In this document: positions 9,949-19,655 of the stretch, piece after piece | Position numbering within the stretch: the stretch's first letter is position 1 | How the letters are laid out: each line of letters begins with the position of its first letter | NCBI GenBank assembly: GCA_049472315.1 | Contig: JBLIRN010000022.1 | Span: 1 to 46,549, forward strand | Direction of reading: 5' to 3' | Length of the DNA stretch: 46,549 bases | Source: a bacterium | GTDB lineage: Bacteria; SZUA-182; DTGQ01; JAFGSM01 | Made by a program: the position numbers and the translations under genes | The notes under the pieces: generated by a model | Database searches by the model: none | What the model was told of the DNA's origin: nothing | What the model saw: only the letters and a program-made list of their open reading frames with translations

Positions 9949-10158
9949 GGGAAAATAGATTATAATGTAATTGCTCAATATCTTGCGGGAAGGGGGGTGC
10001 GCCAACAAAGCTTCGTCAGGCGAAGCAAAGCGGAGCTACTCAGTTAGGCCTTGCAATTACCTTTATACCTTCCCGGTCAGCCACGATAATATTGAGCAGT
10101 TACATTATAATCATGCAGATAAGGAGGGATTGAACATTATGGACAGGCGGCGTACATC

Positions 10159-11817
10159 GTGATAAAGGAGATAATCTTCGGCATCATGGGGGGGCTGGGG
10201 CTCTTTGTCTATGGGATCCATCTCATGGGGGAAGGGTTGCAGCGGGCGGCGGGAAACCGGATCAGACAGATTCTGAGGTCGCTCACCATCAATCCTCTTA
10301 TGGCCACGTTCGTAGGGGCCACAGTGACGGCGCTCATCCAGTCCAGTTCAGCCACCACCGTGCTTGCCGTCGGGTTCGTGAACGCCGGGCTTATGACGCT
10401 CGAACAGACCGTGGGGGTCATCTTCGGCGCCAATGTGGGCACCACGGTCACCGCCCAGATCATCGCCTTCAAATTGACCGACTATGCCCTCCCCATTCTG
10501 GGGATCGGATTCGGCATGCACTTTTTCTGCAATAAGAAATTCTGGAAGGATATGGGAACCTTCCTGCTCGGGTTCGGCATGCTCTTTCTCGGGCTCTCCA
10601 TCATGACCTCAGTGGTGAAACCCCTGGCAGGAAACCCTGCAGTGAGGGACGCATTCATCAAATACAGCAGCAATGTCTTTCTCTCCCTGCTCATGGGGAT
10701 CGTGGTCACCGCAATCGTGCAAAGCAGCAGCGTCACCACCGGGATCGTCCTGGCCCTCGCCGCAGTCAACCTCATCACCATTGAGGGGGCGATTCCCCTG
10801 ATCCTGGGCTGCAACATCGGCACCTGCGTTACCGCACTTCTCGCCTCCATCGGCACGTCCCTGAATGCAAGGAGGACGGCATGGGCCCACGTGCTCTTCA
10901 ACATCATCGGAAGCACGCTCTTCCTCATTCTCCTGCGTCCATTCACCTTCATCGTGGTGCATACCTCCACCGATCTGGTGAGGCAGTGCGCCAATGCCCA
11001 CACCTTGTTCAATATCATCGGGACCGCCCTGTTTCTCCCCTTCACCACCCTCTATGTGGGTCTCATCAAGAGGCTGGTGGGCGGCAAGGAGGAGGGGGAG
11101 GTCGAATACATCCCCACCTACCTCGAGAACCATCTCCTGAATACACCGGCAATTGCCATCGATGCTGCAACAAAGGAGATCATCAGGACACTGAAGCTTG
11201 CCAAAAAGATGATCATGAGCGCCATGCAGGGTTTCTTCGAGGACGATCCCAAGTGCCTGCAGAAGATCGACGCGGAGGAGGATGCCGTTGATAACCGGCG
11301 CCTCGACATCACCAACTACCTGGTGGAGCTGATGCAGCATGAGTTGACCGAGGAGGTGTCGAGGAAGATCCCGGCCATGATCCACGTGATCAACGACATC
11401 GAGAGGATAGGGGACCATGCGGTCAATCTCAAGAAATTCGCCATGCAGAAAAAGGAGTTGAACCTCACCTTCACCGAAGTTGCGGTTGCCGAGATCAAGG
11501 CGGCGTATAACGAGCTGATACGGATGCTCGATACCACCATCAACGCACTGCGTACCAATGACGTGAGGAGGGCGGAGGTGGTGCTGAGAAGGGAAGGCAG
11601 GATCAACCGTATGAGGGATGAATTCAAGGCAAATCACATAAAACGCCTGGAGGATGGGAACTGCAATGTGCTGTCCGGTGTCGTGTTCATCGATATGCTT
11701 GCCAATTTCGAGAAGATAGGCGATCATTTGACTAATGTTGCGCAGGCCATCATGGAGAGCCTGCAGTGGAACGGTGCTAAGAGTCACCCACGAAAGGGGG
11801 AGATTGCCATGAGGTGA
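10159..11817 (+). CDS. Na/Pi cotransporter family protein with C-terminal PhoU domains
   Basis: Duplicated QSSS motifs (LIQSSSATT, VQSSSVTT), GANVGTT/GCNIGT, and PhoU-type ERIGDH and EKIGDH. Confidence 0.93.
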   Translation: MIKEIIFGIMGGLGLFVYGIHLMGEGLQRAAGNRIRQILRSLTINPLMATFVGATVTALIQSSSATTVLAVGFVNAGLMTLEQTVGVIFGANVGTTVTAQIIAFKLTDYALPILGIGFGMHFFCNKKFWKDMGTFLLGFGMLFLGLSIMTSVVKPLAGNPAVRDAFIKYSSNVFLSLLMGIVVTAIVQSSSVTTGIVLALAAVNLITIEGAIPLILGCNIGTCVTALLASIGTSLNARRTAWAHVLFNIIGSTLFLILLRPFTFIVVHTSTDLVRQCANAHTLFNIIGTALFLPFTTLYVGLIKRLVGGKEEGEVEYIPTYLENHLLNTPAIAIDAATKEIIRTLKLAKKMIMSAMQGFFEDDPKCLQKIDAEEDAVDNRRLDITNYLVELMQHELTEEVSRKIPAMIHVINDIERIGDHAVNLKKFAMQKKELNLTFTEVAVAEIKAAYNELIRMLDTTINALRTNDVRRAEVVLRREGRINRMRDEFKANHIKRLEDGNCNVLSGVVFIDMLANFEKIGDHLTNVAQAIMESLQWNGAKSHPRKGEIAMR

Positions 11818-11899
11818 AGGGAAAACGGGTGTATGGCGCAATCCGGGGTGATTTCAACGAGGGAAGAAGGGGAGCGTCCCTGATCATTGAGAAAGGAGA

Positions 11900-13072
11900 A
11901 TGATCATGTCCATCAGAAGGCTGTCGTGTTGTATCGTGATTGCAATCCTTGCGGTTGCATGCTGTATAACGCCGCTTGCCCGTGCCGAGGAAGGGCCGAT
12001 CAAGATCGGTGGGCTCTTTGCACTCACCGGCCCTGCAAAACACATCGGGCTGCCCACCATGAATGTCGCCGAGATGATCGTGGAGCGGATCAACAACTCG
12101 GGGGGTATCAACGGCAGGAAGCTGGAGCTGATTGTCGCCGATACAGAGGGTGAACCCAGCAAGACGAATATTGCACTGAAGCGGTTGATAACGAAGGATA
12201 ACGTCGTTGCGGTGATCGGACCTACCCGGACGGGCACCGGTATGGCCAGTCTCCAGACCATAGAGGAATCACGGATGCCGACGGTGATGTGCGTGGGCGG
12301 CGACCCGGTCATAGAGCCGGTGGAGCAGCGCAAGTGGGTCTTCAAGACACCCCAGCGCACCACCACTGCGGTGGAGAAGATCTATGCCTACTGTCAAAAA
12401 AAGGGGCTCAAAAAGATAGGGCTCCTCACCGCATCCGACGGCTTCGGCCAGGAGGGGGGGAAATCGCTGGTCAACTTGGCCGAAAAGTACGGCCTTACCA
12501 TCGTTGCCCAGGAATCCTTCGATGTCAAGGATGTGGACATGACCGTGCAGATATCCAAGATCGCGGCCCAGAAACCCGATGCCATGGTGTGCTGGACAAT
12601 CGGGCCAGCGGGCGCCGTGGTGGCGAAGAACGCCCATTCACTGGGAATAAAATTCCCCCTGTTCCAGTGTCACGGGCTTCCTGACCCCAATTACATAAAG
12701 GCGGCAGGGGAGGCTGCAAACGGGAACATCATGCCCTCGACCAAGCTGATGGTTGCGGATCAGCTCCCGGACAGCGACCCCCAGAAGGCGCTCCTTCTGG
12801 ACTTCATCAATGAATATGAGAACGTGAAGAAGTACGGCAAGGTGAACACCCATTCCGGGTATGCGTGGGATGCCGTGCAGATCGTTGCCAAGGCCATCGA
12901 GAAGGCGGGAACGGAGCCGGAGAAGCTCCGGGACGCCATAGAGAACACCAAGGGGTACGTGGGGGTGAGCGGCATCTACACCATGTCCCCCACGGATCAC
13001 AGCGGATTGGGACTCGATTCCATGGTGCTGGTGACCATTGAAAACGGACAATGGAAGTTGCTTGAATATTGA
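11900..13072 (+). CDS. ABC transporter periplasmic substrate-binding protein (LivK/LivJ family)
   Basis: Signal peptide, IKIGGLFALTGPA, INNSGGINGRKLELIVADT, YAWDAV. Confidence 0.92.
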   Translation: MIMSIRRLSCCIVIAILAVACCITPLARAEEGPIKIGGLFALTGPAKHIGLPTMNVAEMIVERINNSGGINGRKLELIVADTEGEPSKTNIALKRLITKDNVVAVIGPTRTGTGMASLQTIEESRMPTVMCVGGDPVIEPVEQRKWVFKTPQRTTTAVEKIYAYCQKKGLKKIGLLTASDGFGQEGGKSLVNLAEKYGLTIVAQESFDVKDVDMTVQISKIAAQKPDAMVCWTIGPAGAVVAKNAHSLGIKFPLFQCHGLPDPNYIKAAGEAANGNIMPSTKLMVADQLPDSDPQKALLLDFINEYENVKKYGKVNTHSGYAWDAVQIVAKAIEKAGTEPEKLRDAIENTKGYVGVSGIYTMSPTDHSGLGLDSMVLVTIENGQWKLLEY

Positions 13073-13089
13073 TTGATATTCTCAAACGC

Positions 13090-13118
13090 GGGCATGGAAG
13101 GCACCCCCTTCCATGCCC
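13090..13118 (+). terminator. Stem-loop after the binding-protein gene (terminator or mRNA-stabilising hairpin)
   Basis: Perfect 12-bp stem GGGCATGGAAGG / CCTTCCATGCCC with a 5-nt loop. The U-tract is weak. Confidence 0.55.
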
Positions 13119-13137
13119 CCCTATTTCGAGGCGGTAG

Positions 13138-14952
13138 ATGATGGAACGGATGCTTTTATCAGGGAACGAGGCCCTGGCACGAGGGGCCTATGAGGCGGGA
13201 GTAACGGTCGGATGCGGTTATCCGGGAACACCAAGTACGGAGATCCTGGAGAGCCTGGTGCACTACCCGGGGGTATATACGCAGTGGTCACCCAACGAGA
13301 AGGTAGCACTGGAGGTGGCTGCAGGCGCATGCTGGACAGGGGCACGCTCGGTGGCGACCATGAAGCATGTGGGATTGAACGTGGCTGCCGATCCCTTTAT
13401 GACCCTCTCCTACCTGGGGATAAAGGGAGGGCTTGCGGTCATGGTATGTGACGATCCAGGCATGCACTCCTCCCAGAACGAACAGGATACCAGGCACTAT
13501 GCGCGCCTTGCCAAGGTCCCCCTGTTCGAGCCGAGTGACAGCCAGGAGGCAAAGGATTTTGTCGGAATTGCCATGGAGGTGTCCGAACAATTCTGCACCC
13601 CAGTGATCATCAGGGCCACCACCCGTATCTCCCATTCACGGGGCCTGGTGGAGTTGGGAGAGCGAATAGCGCCCACCCAGGAGATCTTCTTCGAGAAGAA
13701 CCCGCAGCGCTTCGTCCCGGTTCCCATCTATGCACGGAAGATGAAGGTGCGTGTGGATGAAAGGCTGGAGGAGTTGGCCCGCTTCGCGTCAACCATCCCT
13801 ATCAACAGGACCATCATCAGTGATTCCGGCCTGGGGATCATCACATCGAGCATCTCTTATCAATACGCCAGGGAGACCTTTCCCGAGGCATCCATCCTCA
13901 AGCTGGGCATGAGCTATCCCTTCCCCGATTCGTTGATCCTCGAGTTTGCCAAGGGCATGGGGAGGCTCCTGGTGGTCGAGGAACTCGATCCCTTCCTTGA
14001 GGAGCACTGCAAGGCACTGGGTCTGCCGGTGGAGGGCATCCGGCACCGGCCGCGGCAGGGTGAGCTCGATCTGGACACGCTGGAAGGGATGCGGCGGTCC
14101 TTTTTTGCGATGACGGAAGGACCGGCGGCCGCGGAGCAGGGGGACGAGGCGGCTGAAGCAAAGGGTGATGAAATGCCCGCGCTCCCGCCGAGGCCCCCGG
14201 TGCTTTGTCCCGGGTGCCCCCACCGGGGCATCTTCTTCGAACTGCGGAAGTTCAAGCCGGTCATCATCGGTGACATCGGCTGCTACAGCCTGGCGGTCTT
14301 CCCCCCGCTCGAGGCCATGGATACGATTCTCTGCATGGGATCGGGGGTGAGCAGCACCCTGGGTCTCCAGAAGGCCGGAACCAGCCAGAAGGTGGTGGGT
14401 GTGGTGGGGGATTCCACCTTCTTTCATTCGGGCATGACAGGTCTCTTGGATATCGCGTACAACAAGGGAAAGGTGACCATCCTGATCCTGGACAACCGAA
14501 CCACCGCCATGACCGGACACCAGGAGCATCCGGGGACCGGCAGGACCCTCATGGGGGAAGAGACCAGGGTCGCGGATATCGGTGCGATCGCCCGGGCCTT
14601 CGGCATCAACCATGTGGCAACCGTCGATCCCTACGACCTTGAGGCGGTGCGGACCACCCTCAAGCAGGCGATCGAGGCGGATGAGCCCGCCGTGGTCATC
14701 TCCACACGGCCCTGTCTCCTCATTGGAAAGAAGGCGAGGGGGAAGCCGGTCCGGGTGATCGAGGATCTGTGCGCCGGGTGCGGAGCCTGCCTCAAGCTGG
14801 GGTGCCCAGGGCTCGAGATGGTGCCCGGGGAGGGAAAGGAATTCCGGGTGAGGGTGAACCAGGTCCTGTGCGTGGGGTGCGGCCTGTGCGTCCAGGTATG
14901 TCCCAAGGATGCCTTTGCCGGCCACAACGATACGAACGAAGGCGGGGTGTGA
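13138..14952 (+). CDS. iorA: Indolepyruvate:ferredoxin oxidoreductase subunit alpha
   Basis: LSGNEALARGA, YPGTPSTE, MKHVGLNVAAD, SSQNEQD, LCPGCPHR, GDIGCY, GDSTFFHSG and a C-terminal 2x[4Fe-4S] domain. Confidence 0.96.
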   Translation: MMERMLLSGNEALARGAYEAGVTVGCGYPGTPSTEILESLVHYPGVYTQWSPNEKVALEVAAGACWTGARSVATMKHVGLNVAADPFMTLSYLGIKGGLAVMVCDDPGMHSSQNEQDTRHYARLAKVPLFEPSDSQEAKDFVGIAMEVSEQFCTPVIIRATTRISHSRGLVELGERIAPTQEIFFEKNPQRFVPVPIYARKMKVRVDERLEELARFASTIPINRTIISDSGLGIITSSISYQYARETFPEASILKLGMSYPFPDSLILEFAKGMGRLLVVEELDPFLEEHCKALGLPVEGIRHRPRQGELDLDTLEGMRRSFFAMTEGPAAAEQGDEAAEAKGDEMPALPPRPPVLCPGCPHRGIFFELRKFKPVIIGDIGCYSLAVFPPLEAMDTILCMGSGVSSTLGLQKAGTSQKVVGVVGDSTFFHSGMTGLLDIAYNKGKVTILILDNRTTAMTGHQEHPGTGRTLMGEETRVADIGAIARAFGINHVATVDPYDLEAVRTTLKQAIEADEPAVVISTRPCLLIGKKARGKPVRVIEDLCAGCGACLKLGCPGLEMVPGEGKEFRVRVNQVLCVGCGLCVQVCPKDAFAGHNDTNEGGV

Positions 14953-14953
14953 C

Positions 14954-15547
14954 ATGGCGGGAATAACGAATTGTCTTTTGGCAGGGGTCGGGGGACAGGG
15001 TATCCTGCTTGCGAGTTCCCTGGTTTCCGATGCGGCCCGGCGTGCCGGGATGGATATCAAGAACAACGAGGTGCACGGCATGGCACAGCGCGGGGGGAGC
15101 GTGGTCGCCCAGATCCGTTTCGGGGACGAGGTGCATTCCCCCCTCATAAAAAAGGGATCCGCCGATTTCCTGCTGACGCTCGAGATCGTGGAGGCGATCA
15201 GGTATGCGGAGTACCTGATCCCGGATGGCCTTGCCCTGGTGAGCACCCAGCGGATCATCCCCATCACTGTTTCCGCGGGTCCCTTTACCTACCCGGACGA
15301 TCCGGAGGGGCTCATCAGAAAACGGTTCAAGCACTACATCCTCTGCCCTTGCCTGGATATCGCCAGGGACATGGGGGAGCCGAGGGCGGCCAACGTGGTC
15401 ATGGTGGGGCTCCTTTCCCGCTTTCTCCCCTTCGAGGACCAGATCTGGGAGAAGGTGCTCGAGGAAAACATAAAACCGAGATACGTGGACATCAACCGCA
15501 GGGCCTTTCAGACAGGGAGGGAATTCCATGAGCCTGTACTGGAATGA
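14954..15547 (+). CDS. iorB: Indolepyruvate:ferredoxin oxidoreductase subunit beta
   Basis: GVGGQGILLAS, EVHGMAQRGGSV. Start taken as ATG 14954, immediately after the iorA stop. Confidence 0.95.
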   Translation: MAGITNCLLAGVGGQGILLASSLVSDAARRAGMDIKNNEVHGMAQRGGSVVAQIRFGDEVHSPLIKKGSADFLLTLEIVEAIRYAEYLIPDGLALVSTQRIIPITVSAGPFTYPDDPEGLIRKRFKHYILCPCLDIARDMGEPRAANVVMVGLLSRFLPFEDQIWEKVLEENIKPRYVDINRRAFQTGREFHEPVLE

Positions 15548-16811
15548 GGAGATGGAGAGATCGTCTCTGGACGAGTTGCGCGCCTTTCAGCTCGAGCGGC
15601 TGAAGGAGCTTGTACAGTGGGCATACGGCCGCAGTGAGTATCATAAAAACCGGTTCAAGGAGGCAGGGGTTGACCCGAAGGGGATCGACAGCCTGGATGA
15701 CCTCATTCACCTCCCCTTCATGAGCAAGGAGGATTTTCGGGTACATTACCCCCTGGGTATGCTCTGTGCGGACCGGGAGACCCTCAGGGAGATGCACATG
15801 AGCTCCGGTTCCACCGGCATGCCCGTGGTGATGGCTTACAACGAGCACGACCTCGATCAATGGGCGGAGTGCATGGCCAGGTGCTACCGGATGGCGGGAA
15901 TCGCCCAGGGGGAGGTCATCCAGATCACCCCCTCATTCGGCCTCTTTAACGGGGGATTCGGATTCTACCACGGGGCGCGAAAGGCGGGGCTCTTTGTCAT
16001 ACCCACGGGCGCAGGGAACACCCCGAGGCAGATCAAGCTCATGAACGACTTCAAGGTCAAGGCAATCATGGGGGTGGTCTCCTACGGCATCCGGATCATG
16101 GAGGTCCTCGATGGGACCGGGCAGGCGATCCCCTCCCTTAAAATCGGGATGTTCGGGGCGGAGACCTTCTCCGATGCCATGCGGGAGAAGATCGAGAACG
16201 GCCTCGGGATTGAGGCGTTCGATATATACGGCATGACGGAGACCGGCGGGGTGGGGACCACGGGCATGGACTGCGAGACCCACAGCGGCATTCACGTGTG
16301 GGAGGACCAGTATATCATGGAGATCATCGACCCTGAGACGAAGAGACCCGTTCCGGACGGAACGGAGGGAGAGGTCGTGTTCACCTCCCTGAACAGGGAG
16401 GCGATACCGGTCATCCGCTTCCGCACCGGGGATATATCCCGGGTGATCTCGCGGGAGCGGTGCGAGTGCGGCAGGACCCATGTACGTATCGACCGGATCA
16501 CCGGGCGCATCGATGACATGCTCATCGTGAAGGGGGTCAATTTTTTCCCTCGCCAGATAGAGCAGGCACTCATGGATATCCCCGGGGTGCGCAGCCACTA
16601 CCAGATCATCATCGAGGACATGAACGGGATAAAGGATGTGCGGATCAATGTGGAGGCGGATGAGGGGGTGACCGGGTTCGTGGTGGAGAAGCACCTCAAG
16701 GAGGTCCTCGGGTTCAGCCCCAAGGGGGACGTGTTCAAGCCCGGGACCCTTCCCCGGCAAGAGGGAAAGGCGCAGCGGGTCTTTTTCCAGGAAAAGAAGA
16801 AGGATGGATGA
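15528..16811 (+). CDS. paaK: Phenylacetate-CoA ligase family protein
   Basis: SSGSTG P-loop, DIYGMTE, HVWED, IRFRTGDI, GRIDDMLIVKGVN. Confidence 0.92.
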   Translation: MSLYWNEEMERSSLDELRAFQLERLKELVQWAYGRSEYHKNRFKEAGVDPKGIDSLDDLIHLPFMSKEDFRVHYPLGMLCADRETLREMHMSSGSTGMPVVMAYNEHDLDQWAECMARCYRMAGIAQGEVIQITPSFGLFNGGFGFYHGARKAGLFVIPTGAGNTPRQIKLMNDFKVKAIMGVVSYGIRIMEVLDGTGQAIPSLKIGMFGAETFSDAMREKIENGLGIEAFDIYGMTETGGVGTTGMDCETHSGIHVWEDQYIMEIIDPETKRPVPDGTEGEVVFTSLNREAIPVIRFRTGDISRVISRERCECGRTHVRIDRITGRIDDMLIVKGVNFFPRQIEQALMDIPGVRSHYQIIIEDMNGIKDVRINVEADEGVTGFVVEKHLKEVLGFSPKGDVFKPGTLPRQEGKAQRVFFQEKKKDG

Positions 16812-17266
16812 CAAAGCAGATCGTCGCCAACAAGAAGGCGTATCATGACTACTTCATCCTGGAGACCATCGAGGCGGGACTCGTGCTCCAGGGCACGGAG
16901 GTCAAGTCGCTCCGGGAGGGGCGCGCCAACCTCAAGGACAGCTATGCCCGCATAGAATCGGACGAGGCGTACCTTATCGGCTGTCACATCAGCCCCTATC
17001 CCTGCGGCGGGCATTTCAACCACGATCCCTTACGTCCCCGCAAGCTCCTCTTGAAGAAGGGGGAGATCAAGAGGCTCCTCGGTAAGATGACCGAAAAGGG
17101 AATAACCCTCATCCCCACCCGTCTCTACTTCAAGGAGGGCAAGGCCAAGGTGGAGATCGGCCTCGCCAAGGGGAAGAGGCAGTATGACAAGAGGGAGACC
17201 CTGAGGAAAAAGGAGGAGCGGCGGGAGATCGAGCGGGCGCTCAAGGGGCGATCCAGGGAGCGATAG
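16808..17266 (+). CDS. smpB: SsrA-binding protein
   Basis: NKKAYHDY, EAGLVLQGTEVKSLR, RKLLL, AKGKRQYDKR. Confidence 0.98.
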   Translation: MTKQIVANKKAYHDYFILETIEAGLVLQGTEVKSLREGRANLKDSYARIESDEAYLIGCHISPYPCGGHFNHDPLRPRKLLLKKGEIKRLLGKMTEKGITLIPTRLYFKEGKAKVEIGLAKGKRQYDKRETLRKKEERREIERALKGRSRER

Positions 17267-18317
17267 GCATCTCGTCCTTGAGGCTTCGGGACATCAATTC
17301 CCTGACCGCGGCATCACAGGATTTACCCTCATAGAGGATTTCGTACACCTGCCTGCAAATGGGCATGTCTGCCTTTTCCCGCTCGGAAAGCTGATATGCT
17401 GATTTTGTGGTCTTGATCCCCTCGGCGACCATGCGCATGTCTGCGAGGATGTCCGGCAGACGCTTTCCCTTTCCAAGGCTGAACCCCACGGTGCGGTTGC
17501 GGCTTAGATCACCGGTGCAGGTAAGGACCAGGTCCCCCACGCCGGAGAGCCCGCTGAAGGTCGGGGGATCAGCCCCCATGCTGACCCCCAGGCGGGATAT
17601 CTCGCTCAATCCCCTGGTGATGAGTGCCGCACGGGCGTTGTGCCCGAAGCCCAGTCCGTCGGAGATGCCCGCTGCGATGGCGATAACGTTTTTGAGCGCC
17701 CCGGCGAGCTCAACGCCGGTTTCATCGACGGAGCTGTATACCCGGAAATAATCGGTGGAGAAGATCCGTTGCACCATGCGTGCGGTTTCCAGATGCACGC
17801 AGGCTGCGGTGACTGCTGCGGGAAGCCCCCGGATGACCTCCCGGGCGAAGCTGGGGCCTGCAAGGGTCACCGTTTCCACAGGGAGGGGGGAGGGGAGGAG
17901 ATCGCGCCAGATCCCGGACATGGTGAGCAGGGTGTCGTTTTCGATCCCTTTGGTGACGCTCACGATAGTGGCCCCCTCATCAAGGGATTCGATCACCCTT
18001 CGCGCGACATCCCGGTAGATGTGGGAGGGCACCGCCATGACCAGCAGGGTTTTGTCCCGAACCACGTCGCGCAGGGAATTGCTTGGATATACATGCGCCG
18101 AAAGTCTGAAGCCGGGAAGGTAATAGGTGTTTTCACCTTGACGGGCGATGATGTCTGCGAGTTCGGGCTCGTATACCCAAAGATCCACAGGAAATCCCTT
18201 TTCACCCAACAGGTGGGCAAGGGTGGTTCCCCAGCTTCCCGCACCCACCACGCCAATCCGTAGGGCCTCCGGGGTGCTCCCCTTTTCTTTGGTACGTTCT
18301 CCATCCTTTCCCCGCAT
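17241..18317 (-). CDS. gpsA: NAD(P)H-dependent glycerol-3-phosphate dehydrogenase
   Basis: GAGSWGT, GPSFA, GALKNVIAI, GVGDLVLTC, SRNR. The CAT at 18315-18317 and TCA at 17241-17243 place it on the minus strand, contrary to the track label. Overlaps the smpB 3' end by 26 bp. Confidence 0.97.
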   Translation of the reverse strand: MRGKDGERTKEKGSTPEALRIGVVGAGSWGTTLAHLLGEKGFPVDLWVYEPELADIIARQGENTYYLPGFRLSAHVYPSNSLRDVVRDKTLLVMAVPSHIYRDVARRVIESLDEGATIVSVTKGIENDTLLTMSGIWRDLLPSPLPVETVTLAGPSFAREVIRGLPAAVTAACVHLETARMVQRIFSTDYFRVYSSVDETGVELAGALKNVIAIAAGISDGLGFGHNARAALITRGLSEISRLGVSMGADPPTFSGLSGVGDLVLTCTGDLSRNRTVGFSLGKGKRLPDILADMRMVAEGIKTTKSAYQLSEREKADMPICRQVYEILYEGKSCDAAVRELMSRSLKDEMPIAPWIAP

Positions 18318-18539
18318 GTGAACTCCTCGTGATATCCGGTACTATTTTTTCCCTTTTACCCCTGGAAGATATTTCTATCCTACCACATGGCCGTCAAAAA
18401 AATACAGGGCCGTGGGGTCATGAGGGTTCATATCGGCATGTGCGAGTATATCGGCAGGTAAGGAAAATTATGCAGCACAGGCATGCCACCGCGTGTGAAC
18501 GGTGGTTGCGGCATGGGGGAACATTCGGAGAAGAAAAAC

Positions 18540-18637
18540 TACCACGGGACACAGGTTGACTTCGGGCATACGGTGTTTCCGAATACCTTAGGGACGGCCC
18601 GGGGGGGTCGGCCATGAGCAACCTGTGCTCCGTGGTA
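18540..18637 (+). other. Long imperfect intergenic hairpin (candidate structured ncRNA or MITE remnant)
   Basis: TACCACGGGACACAGGTTG (18540-18558) pairs with CAACCTGTGCTCCGTGGTA (18619-18637), with nested inner stems. Confidence 0.4.
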
Positions 18638-19156
18638 TTTTGAATACATCAACGTGGGGTGAATGATTCGATCCTATCATAATGCCTTTACCGGAGCAAT
18701 TGCCATTTCAACCTGTGTTTGAAGCGAAACCCCATATGATATCTGAATGTGAGCCTGTTTTTTTCAGCGAGAAGCCCTGATTTCGAATCACCCCATTGTC
18801 CATCCATGGCGGTACCCTCATGGATGGTTTCAATAAGTCTATACTATATGGTTATGACTGCAATCGTGTCCTAATTTCCTTACCCCCTCCCTTCGCTGAA
18901 GGTAAGGATGAATGTCCGCCTGTATTTCGATCTGCCTGCCTACGGCCTTCACGGACCGAAATGAGACGGATATATATCTAACCTCGGATGATGAGTTCGT
19001 AAGATGAAAGAAGCACTGATGAAGAGAAACATTGATGTGAGGAAAAATCTTCCAGCAAAAATAATTATCTTACTCTTCAAATATACCTTATGAAGATATG
19101 TTTGTCAACAAACACTTTATTTTCATTGTCATAAAAATAGTGTATATTCGAGGGCA

Positions 19157-19642
19157 ATGAAACCGGCATCCTTCATCTCGGACAGCAGCTCGCTCATCCT
19201 TCTTGCCAAGGCTGAGCTGCTGGGGTTGCTCTGCCAAAACGCACATCTGTATATCACCCCCGCAATACGGGCTGAGATCATCTTTGATTCCCCCGATTCC
19301 CGTGTGATCCGTGCCTTGATTTTCACAGGGGAAATAGCGGTGAGAAATCCTGAAGATGAATTGCGGCCTTCTTCGCTGGATTTGGGTGAAAAAACGGCCA
19401 TCAGCCTGTTCAATTGCATGCGGGTCGACTATCTTCTCATTGATGACCGAAAGGCTGCCCTCTATTGCAGGAGGCATGCGATCCCCTATATCAACGCCCT
19501 CCTGGTGCCTTGTTACCTGAGGGGCTGCGGGGCAATGGACGGGGAGACGATGCGGGAGAAGATAGGGGTACTGACCGGGATCGGGCGGTATGCACAGTGG
19601 ATCAAGGATTACGTCTCAGGTGTCGATCACGTCTTTTCGTAG
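19157..19642 (+). CDS. PIN-domain protein (DUF3368/COG2405-like), no adjacent antitoxin seen
   Basis: ISDSSSLILL, ITPAIRAE, LDLGEKTAI and LLIDDRKA give the PIN acidic-residue pattern. Confidence 0.75.
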   Translation: MKPASFISDSSSLILLAKAELLGLLCQNAHLYITPAIRAEIIFDSPDSRVIRALIFTGEIAVRNPEDELRPSSLDLGEKTAISLFNCMRVDYLLIDDRKAALYCRRHAIPYINALLVPCYLRGCGAMDGETMREKIGVLTGIGRYAQWIKDYVSGVDHVFS

Positions 19643-19655
19643 TGGGTCCTCTTTG

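Noticed and set aside
17241..18317. ORF-track label placing gpsA on the + strand
   Set aside because: The listed protein (MRGKDG...APWIAP) is only obtained from the reverse complement: CAT at 18315-18317 and TCA at 17241-17243. Annotated as minus strand.
18318..19150. tmRNA or 6S RNA near smpB
   Set aside because: No tmRNA-like termini or tag peptide and no recognisable 6S motifs. Only the hairpin is reported.
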